Below are positions 7,050 to 11,837 of a stretch of DNA of 11,837 nt, piece by piece. Under the pieces are notes generated by a model that worked only from the letters and a program-made list of their open reading frames with translations, did not search any database and was not told the DNA's origin. The translations under genes and the position numbers were made by a program. The DNA is from an uncultured Fibrobacterales bacterium (GTDB lineage Bacteria; Fibrobacterota; Fibrobacteria; Fibrobacterales; CAWVXU01): positions 1 to 11,837 of the forward strand of contig CAWVXU010000083.1 in assembly GCA_963934255.1 (NCBI GenBank), given 5' to 3'. Positions within the stretch are counted from its first letter, which is position 1, and each line of letters starts with the position of its first letter.

Positions 7050-8378
7050 ATGAAACAGTTCACTTTCAAAAGTCATTATTTTTCTATGCCACAATTATTG
7101 TCGCTAATGCTTTTAATTATAGGCTCAACTCTAGGGTCTGTCATTTATTCGCAGGTTGAGGTCGCCGGAAGCCTGAGTTTAAGCCAGGCAATTGATGAGG
7201 GCTTAACTCATAGTCCTGATCATCAAGTCGCACAAAACGCTCATCTCATGGCGCTCAACGATGAAATACTTGGTACAAGTCGGCTTTTTCCTACTGTAGA
7301 TGCTCGAGCAAGGACAGTCTACCAAAACCTGAAGGCACTTCAGGAAGGTGCACCTGCTAGAGGTGATTTTGACACCTATTCAAACTCTGTCGGACTTGGG
7401 TTAAGTTGGGTATTATTTGATGGTCTACAGACTTTTAAAGCAAAGTCAATCGTTGAACAAGAAGCTAAGCTTTCTGGATTTTCACTCGAATCATCAGAGC
7501 GTCTGACAATTATGCAGATTAAATTACTTTACGCCAAGACAAGTGTATCCTTCGAATTAGCAAATTGGTGGTCCGAACAATACCAAACGACACGAAAGCA
7601 ATTTCAAAAAAGTGAAGAGAAGTTTAACAGTGGGGCCATGACAAAACGAGAATGGCTCAAAGCGAAAATTTTAATGAAAAAAGATTCAATTTCACTTGTT
7701 AATCAAACTCAGCAATTTAAAACATCGTGGGTTTCACTGAGTGAATTAATAGGCAGGGAGAGCTCTCAAATACCCAAATTCGACTTATTTGAGTTACCAG
7801 AATTACGAGATATTCCGAGCCTTGATCTACATCAAAACCTAGAGTTTCAGGAGTTGAAGGTACAAGAAAAAATTGCTTTCGAAACCAAAGAGTTTGCTAA
7901 GGGTAGTTATTATCCAAGACTCATAGGGTTTGGGAACTACGATTATATTCATAAAAATTCGGAATTTAGTACCCTTAGCCAAACAAACGAAAATCTCTCA
8001 GGTGAAGTGGGGCTTGCGCTCAGTTGGAATATATTTGATGGCCTACAATCAACCATGAAACTTCGTAATGCTCAATTGAGTTTGGAAAATGTGAAGATTA
8101 AGAAGTCTTACTATCAGGCCAAAGTTTCAAATGAATTTCAGATCTTAAAAGACGACATTCAAATTGGGCGAGACAATCTCATATTAGCTCAGGAACAATC
8201 TGCACTCTCTCAAGAACACTTAACTCTTACTTTGGAATCATACCAAATCGGTGGCTTGACTCGTCTTGAGTATGAAGATGCCTTACTTGAAAGCCGTTTA
8301 GCTAAGATCACTTTGAAAAATGCTGAGATTGTTTATTATGAAAAGAGTTTAAAGCTTCTTTACCTTTGTGGAAAATAA
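7050..8378 (+). CDS. TolC-family outer-membrane efflux protein, 442 aa (start revised from 6939 to 7050)
   Basis: ATG at 7050 lies 1 nt after the permease stop, with SD GGGGAG at 7035-7040. Signal peptide followed by LSLSQAIDEGL. Duplicated OEP motifs (RLFPTV…GLGLSWVLFDG; YYPRL…GLALSWNIFDG) and Y..G..T.LE near the C-terminus. Confidence 0.92.
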   Translation: MKQFTFKSHYFSMPQLLSLMLLIIGSTLGSVIYSQVEVAGSLSLSQAIDEGLTHSPDHQVAQNAHLMALNDEILGTSRLFPTVDARARTVYQNLKALQEGAPARGDFDTYSNSVGLGLSWVLFDGLQTFKAKSIVEQEAKLSGFSLESSERLTIMQIKLLYAKTSVSFELANWWSEQYQTTRKQFQKSEEKFNSGAMTKREWLKAKILMKKDSISLVNQTQQFKTSWVSLSELIGRESSQIPKFDLFELPELRDIPSLDLHQNLEFQELKVQEKIAFETKEFAKGSYYPRLIGFGNYDYIHKNSEFSTLSQTNENLSGEVGLALSWNIFDGLQSTMKLRNAQLSLENVKIKKSYYQAKVSNEFQILKDDIQIGRDNLILAQEQSALSQEHLTLTLESYQIGGLTRLEYEDALLESRLAKITLKNAEIVYYEKSLKLLYLCGK

Positions 8379-8388
8379 AATCTTAAAG

Positions 8389-8883
8389 TTAGTTGTTAGT
8401 TGTAATCACAGTTCCACCGCGCTTTGGCGCTGTCTCTTTATCTGAATCATTGCTCTCCTGTTTTTCCTCATCAAATTCCCCCATGGTATTTGTGTTGTCA
8501 TCACTACCTGAGCGAATCTCCGAGGCACTAGTAGAGGGCATTTTTTTTGATTGGCTTGTTTTCCCCTCAATTTCCAGAATCATTTGATTCATTTTCCGGG
8601 TTGCCGCGGCAGGTGCTGCGCCGGGTAGACCAATTGGGGCCATCGGTGAACCTTGATTTTTTTCTTCAATAGACTCTTCTACCTGAATTTTCTTAAGAAC
8701 TTTGCCAACAGACTCTTCGTCATTAATATCTAAAGACTTCTCCAAAATTTGAAGTTCTTTTTTCTCCATAATTTCAAGTGGAGGGTTTTCTTCGTCGACT
8801 GCACTCGCACAAGAGGTCCATAAGAGGGGCATTGCAGTTACAAATAATAGAGAGACAAACTTTTTACCGAATATTTTAATCAT
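8389..8883 (-). CDS. Putative lipoprotein, largely low-complexity/disordered, 164 aa
   Basis: Signal MIKIFGKKFVSLLFVTAMPLLWTSC with lipobox-like WTSC. TAATG overlap with the upstream TIGR02147-like gene and AAGGA SD. The mature part is E/K/S-rich with a P/A linker and ends in RGGTVITTNN. Confidence 0.75.
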   Translation of the reverse strand: MIKIFGKKFVSLLFVTAMPLLWTSCASAVDEENPPLEIMEKKELQILEKSLDINDEESVGKVLKKIQVEESIEEKNQGSPMAPIGLPGAAPAAATRKMNQMILEIEGKTSQSKKMPSTSASEIRSGSDDNTNTMGEFDEEKQESNDSDKETAPKRGGTVITTNN

Positions 8884-9731
8884 TATTTTTCCTTAGGAAT
8901 GTTTTTCCAACTTTTACTCACTGGAAAGAGTTGCACGTTGAGCTGCATTACTTGTTCAGCTCCTTCATTTTCTTCGACAATTTTCACAACATTTTCCTGA
9001 AATTCTTTAATCAGTTCATTGAGGGCTTGAAAACCAACTGGATTGGTTCCGAGTGTGATTGTGGAAATATTACGCTCAGTTCTCTTAAAACGATCTAAAG
9101 ACTGCTCAGCTAGGCGATTGTTTTCTTTTTGAAATTGTCTTACTGCTAGAGATTGAGTTAAACTACTGGCTTGAATATGTTGATTTGAGTGTTCCCATAA
9201 GCCATTCTCTGACTTTTGAATCAATTTCAAGTTAGTGAGAATTTCAAAACCAGATTGAGCCTGAGATAAGGTGATTCTTGGGACCAGCATACTTGCTAGA
9301 TTCGCAAAATTATCTTCAAAATTATAATTACAGACAACTTCTCGAAGAGGGGCCAAATACCATTCTTTAAAAAAATCAAATTCTTGAGCCCTGAGTTTGG
9401 CTTGAGGAGAGCTTTTACCTAACTTCCGTATCTTTTGCCAGTGGAGACTTTTTTCTTCATTGGTTTTAGCTTGCCTGAAGTCAACTAAGGCTTCAAAGAA
9501 GTGAGCTTCTTTGCCTTGAAGACCTAGGCCTGATATCATTTGGAAAACACTTTTAGACGAGATTTTTCTCTCATCTTTGAGGACTAGCTGAATAAAGCTC
9601 CGACTCTTAAAGCTGGCTTTTCTAGAAAAAGAAGCGAAGCTAAAATAGTCTGAATGAGCTTTTTGATATTCAAACCAATCCTTTAAATATTCTAAAGAAT
9701 CGGTATATGCATAGATGCTTGGCTTATTCAT
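8883..9731 (-). CDS. TIGR02147 / DUF4423 family protein (N-terminal HTH-like region), 282 aa
   Basis: Family-typical motifs: IY.YTD..EYLKD.F, FS.A.FSRKA.FKSRS.I..V (HTH-like), L.L.GKEA.FFE.LV.F.QAK, FF.EWY..PLRE, L..L.LI, A..SLDRF...ERNIST.TL and V.QLNVQLFPVS. Length is typical of the family. Recognised by eye. Confidence 0.88.
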   Translation of the reverse strand: MNKPSIYAYTDSLEYLKDWFEYQKAHSDYFSFASFSRKASFKSRSFIQLVLKDERKISSKSVFQMISGLGLQGKEAHFFEALVDFRQAKTNEEKSLHWQKIRKLGKSSPQAKLRAQEFDFFKEWYLAPLREVVCNYNFEDNFANLASMLVPRITLSQAQSGFEILTNLKLIQKSENGLWEHSNQHIQASSLTQSLAVRQFQKENNRLAEQSLDRFKRTERNISTITLGTNPVGFQALNELIKEFQENVVKIVEENEGAEQVMQLNVQLFPVSKSWKNIPKEK

Positions 9732-9737
9732 AAAATT

Positions 9738-9743
9738 AAAGTA
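9738..9743 (-). promoter_or_regulatory. Candidate -10 element TACTTT, 6 nt upstream of the ATG (leaderless-type arrangement)
   Basis: The minus strand reads gcTACTTTaattttATG, with no SD-like sequence upstream. Confidence 0.45.
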
Positions 9744-9846
9744 GCGAATTCGTCGTTAAAAAGCGATAAAATAATTCAAATTCAGTTTGATAAAAAAATG
9801 GTTAATTCAGTATTTTACAATTGACCTTATTATTGACCTAAAAAAC

Positions 9847-9889
9847 TAGTAAGTAAAGTTTGTAAACATTTGTTTTTAAACTCTTACTA
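9847..9889. repeat. Imperfect 43-bp inverted repeat in the divergent intergenic region (candidate operator or hairpin)
   Basis: TAGTAAG-taa-AGTTT-gt-AAACA-tt-TGTTT-tt-AAACT-CTTACTA: three nested complementary arms of 7, 5 and 5 bp. Confidence 0.6.
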
Positions 9890-9915
9890 AGCTCCTATCT
9901 AAGCATATACTTGGC

Positions 9916-9922
9916 TATATTT
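9916..9922 (+). promoter_or_regulatory. Candidate -10/-7 element (ggcTATATTT) for the ankyrin gene
   Basis: Same cTATATTT as at 379-386. It lies 26 nt before the ATG and upstream of SD GGAG (9939-9942). Confidence 0.45.
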
Positions 9923-9948
9923 CCACTAATCTAAAATATGGAGATATT

Positions 9949-10653
9949 ATGAAAATCACGAAATTGCTAAAAGCTATTTCTTTAGCAGGTGTAATTGTGT
10001 TATCAGCGTGTAATGGTGAGGCTACTGGAGCTGCCAAATACAAAGCTGATTTAGAAAAAATGAAATACAAATACAGCCCAGGTTTCTTTGTTAAAGCCGC
10101 TTCAAAAAATGATGTAAAAGCTGTTGATCTATTTATAAAAGCGGCAATCAGCGTCGATGCAACTAATAAACAAGGAAATACTGCGCTTGCGATGGCAGCA
10201 AATAAAGGTCATGCTGAAGTTGTTAAGCTTCTTTTAGATGCAGGCGCTAATCCAAGCCTTAAAGGTGGTCGTGGACTTAGCGCAATTGTTGATGCAATCT
10301 CATTAAATCATGCACCTGTTGTTCAAGTTATAGTTGATCACTTAAAAGAGCAAAACAATGGTAAACTAAATGGTGGTCGATTTGCTGGACTTATGGCTGC
10401 AAAACAAGGCTTTACTCCTATTATGGCTATTCTCATTGATGCCGGTTTAGATATTAATACATCTGATGATACAGGTTACTCATTGTTGATTACAGCAATC
10501 AAAAGTGGCCACAAGAATACTGTTGAGTATTTACTGGAAAAAGGTGCAGATGTAAATCTTGGTGATAAAGATAAAAACTCTCCACTTAAATGGGCTAAAC
10601 ACTCAGGCTATCCTAAAGTGGCTAAGGTGATAAAACGCTATGGTGGCAAATAA
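9949..10653 (+). CDS. Ankyrin-repeat lipoprotein, 234 aa
   Basis: Lipobox LSAC after a hydrophobic signal. About 6 ankyrin-like units, e.g. GNTALAMAANKGHAEVVKLLLDAGAN, GYSLLITAIKSGHKNTVEYLLEKGADVN and NSPLKWAKHSGYPKVAKVI. SD GGAG. Confidence 0.93.
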   Translation: MKITKLLKAISLAGVIVLSACNGEATGAAKYKADLEKMKYKYSPGFFVKAASKNDVKAVDLFIKAAISVDATNKQGNTALAMAANKGHAEVVKLLLDAGANPSLKGGRGLSAIVDAISLNHAPVVQVIVDHLKEQNNGKLNGGRFAGLMAAKQGFTPIMAILIDAGLDINTSDDTGYSLLITAIKSGHKNTVEYLLEKGADVNLGDKDKNSPLKWAKHSGYPKVAKVIKRYGGK

Positions 10654-10680
10654 TCTAGTACATCACTAGAATGATTTTTT

Positions 10681-10714
10681 AAGAAGCTTCAAGTCAAACT
10701 TGAAGCTTCTTTTT
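10681..10714 (+). terminator. Intrinsic terminator downstream of the ankyrin gene, between convergent genes
   Basis: Perfect 14-bp stem AAGAAGCTTCAAGT-caa-ACTTGAAGCTTCTT running into a T-tract on the + strand. The U-tail on the - strand is weak, so bidirectional function is uncertain. Confidence 0.85.
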
Positions 10715-10743
10715 CTTGGTTTTGCGTTATAAAAAGAAGAAGA

Positions 10744-11319
10744 CTACCGCGCTTCGAGTTTTAAAAATCTAAACAAAAATGAGCTCGATAGCTTAGGTGA
10801 ATTCAGTGAGACATTGTAAATGGAATCATCTGAATTTAAATTGAAGGTCATCCTGATTTCTGCATCCATTTTTGCAATGAAATACCTCTTAAGTGTCCCA
10901 TCGCCATTTTCCATATCAATAACGAGACTAGGTTTGAAATTTTGCATTTGGCTGAGAATGTTTTCAAAATAGGGCTCACCTACAAGGAATTCAGCTTGGT
11001 TAATCCTGATAACTCGATTTTGATTAAGTACCGTATATTCATCTTTAAAATTATCCGATATCATAATCTTCATATTTGGATGAGATTCATACAAATCTTG
11101 GATCAGTTTTATCTCTTCTTGATTGGGTTTGTTGATGAAGTTTGTGAGAATGAGTAAGGCATTATCTGATTTTAAGTGAAATGGAATAGAAACAACGGTA
11201 TTATTTGGTTTTATTTTTTTGAAAAGTACTTTGCGTTGGAAATCGTCATCAAAAAAGCGGTATAACTTCCAAGGAAGTTTGTTTGAAAAGACAAGGTTTG
11301 TGTTTTTTAACTGTTTCAT
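10744..11319 (-). CDS. Hypothetical protein, DUF6913-like / glycosyltransferase-9 N-terminal Rossmann-like, 191 aa
   Basis: Alternating beta/alpha pattern. The C-terminal segment FKPSLVIDME…LKRYFIAKMDAEIRMTF…IYNVSL resembles the D-L-v-I-D…A..RiG….Y pattern of that fold. The family call is tentative. Confidence 0.6.
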   Translation of the reverse strand: MKQLKNTNLVFSNKLPWKLYRFFDDDFQRKVLFKKIKPNNTVVSIPFHLKSDNALLILTNFINKPNQEEIKLIQDLYESHPNMKIMISDNFKDEYTVLNQNRVIRINQAEFLVGEPYFENILSQMQNFKPSLVIDMENGDGTLKRYFIAKMDAEIRMTFNLNSDDSIYNVSLNSPKLSSSFLFRFLKLEAR

Positions 11320-11364
11320 GAGAATAAATTAGAAATTTGGTTAAGTTCTAGGAATTTTTTGCGT

Positions 11365-11837
11365 ATGAAAAACACCTTCACTATCATACAGATTGCTTTG
11401 ATTCTTACTTTCTTCGGATTACCGTCTGAGTTGAGAGTATCATCTAGCTTTAAGGAGCTCTTCTTAGTGTTACTCGGTGGTCAGTATTTCTCTTATTTTC
11501 CTCAGCGCAATAATACCAATAACACTTTTAGGTGGCTTATATTCCTATAAAACATTGATATTTTTATTAAGCCCTGTTTTTTGGAGATAATTCCGAGGAT
11601 ATGGAATCCCATGTGTTTTTGGTCTTGTCTTTGTTTGTGTTTTAGATGCCATCGCTCTTTTTTAAAAAATAAACAATATGATTACCTATTATCGTTAGAT
11701 TCAGAATCCTCTCGAGTATTTGATGATGACAAAGATTTAATGTTTAAGCTTTAAAGAGTAGCATCTATGCTGATATCTAATGTGAAGATGGCATAGGAAT
11801 TACAAGAAAATTTGCGAGTCGCTCAATTGACTTATGG
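11365..11837 (+). pseudogene. Probable decayed membrane-protein gene (possibly a sensor kinase remnant), runs off the right edge
   Basis: Consecutive protein-like segments: frame 1 MKNTFTIIQIALILTFFGLPSELRVSSSFKELFLV; frame 2 from about 11468 YSVVSISLIFLSAIIPITLLGGLYSYKTLIFLLSPVFWR*FRGYGIPCVFGLVFVCVLDAIALF; back to frame 1 at the T6A6 run LKNKQYDYLLSLDSESSRVFDDDKDLMFKL*RVASMLISNVKMA*ELQENLRVAQLTY. This needs two frameshifts and three internal stops. Confidence 0.5.

Noticed and set aside
2691..8378. Assigning acrA/acrB/tolC or cus/czc gene symbols
   Set aside because: Family membership is clear, but orthology and substrate are not. The TM4 DD argues against the heavy-metal (HME) type, and TM10 differs from AcrB.
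8393..8587. 64-aa plus-strand ORF
   Set aside because: Antisense shadow of the lipoprotein gene.
10655..10669. Small hairpin CTAGT-acatc-ACTAG just after the ankyrin stop
   Set aside because: Only a 5-bp weak stem. The 14-bp hairpin at 10681 explains termination.
10942..11157. 71-aa plus-strand ORF
   Set aside because: Antisense to the 10744..11319 gene, with no SD.
11545..11652. Minus-strand 35-codon ORF MASKTQTKTRPKTHGIPYPRNYLQ…
   Set aside because: Its composition is explained as the antisense shadow of the hydrophobic plus-strand pseudogene frame.
1..11837. CRISPR or TIGR-Tas-type arrays, tRNA/rRNA, IS elements, integrases, known defence systems
   Set aside because: No regularly spaced repeat array, RNA gene signature, or transposase/integrase/nuclease motif was seen. 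'TIGR02147' is a TIGRFAM accession unrelated to TIGR-Tas systems.

Overview
AT-rich bacterial window dominated by cell-envelope genes. A Fibrobacterota/FCB-group origin is inferred from the TIGR02147-like gene and the FCB-type RND cluster. Left to right: a 5'-partial lipoprotein gene (- strand, missing from the ORF track); an acidic hypothetical protein; a small lipoprotein; two predicted outer-membrane beta-barrels; a complete tripartite RND efflux operon (MFP, AcrB-family permease, TolC-family channel); a convergent, translationally coupled TIGR02147/DUF4423-like gene plus lipoprotein gene; a divergent ankyrin-repeat lipoprotein with a strong terminator; a DUF6913/GT9-N-terminal-like protein; and a decayed membrane-protein pseudogene at the right edge. 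I saw no rRNA, tRNA, CRISPR array or mobile element. The best candidate for an uncharacterised system is the apparently leaderless TIGR02147-like gene, its coupled lipoprotein ending in GGTVITTNN, and the repeat-rich divergent intergenic region next to it. All family assignments come from motif recognition by eye, not database searches.
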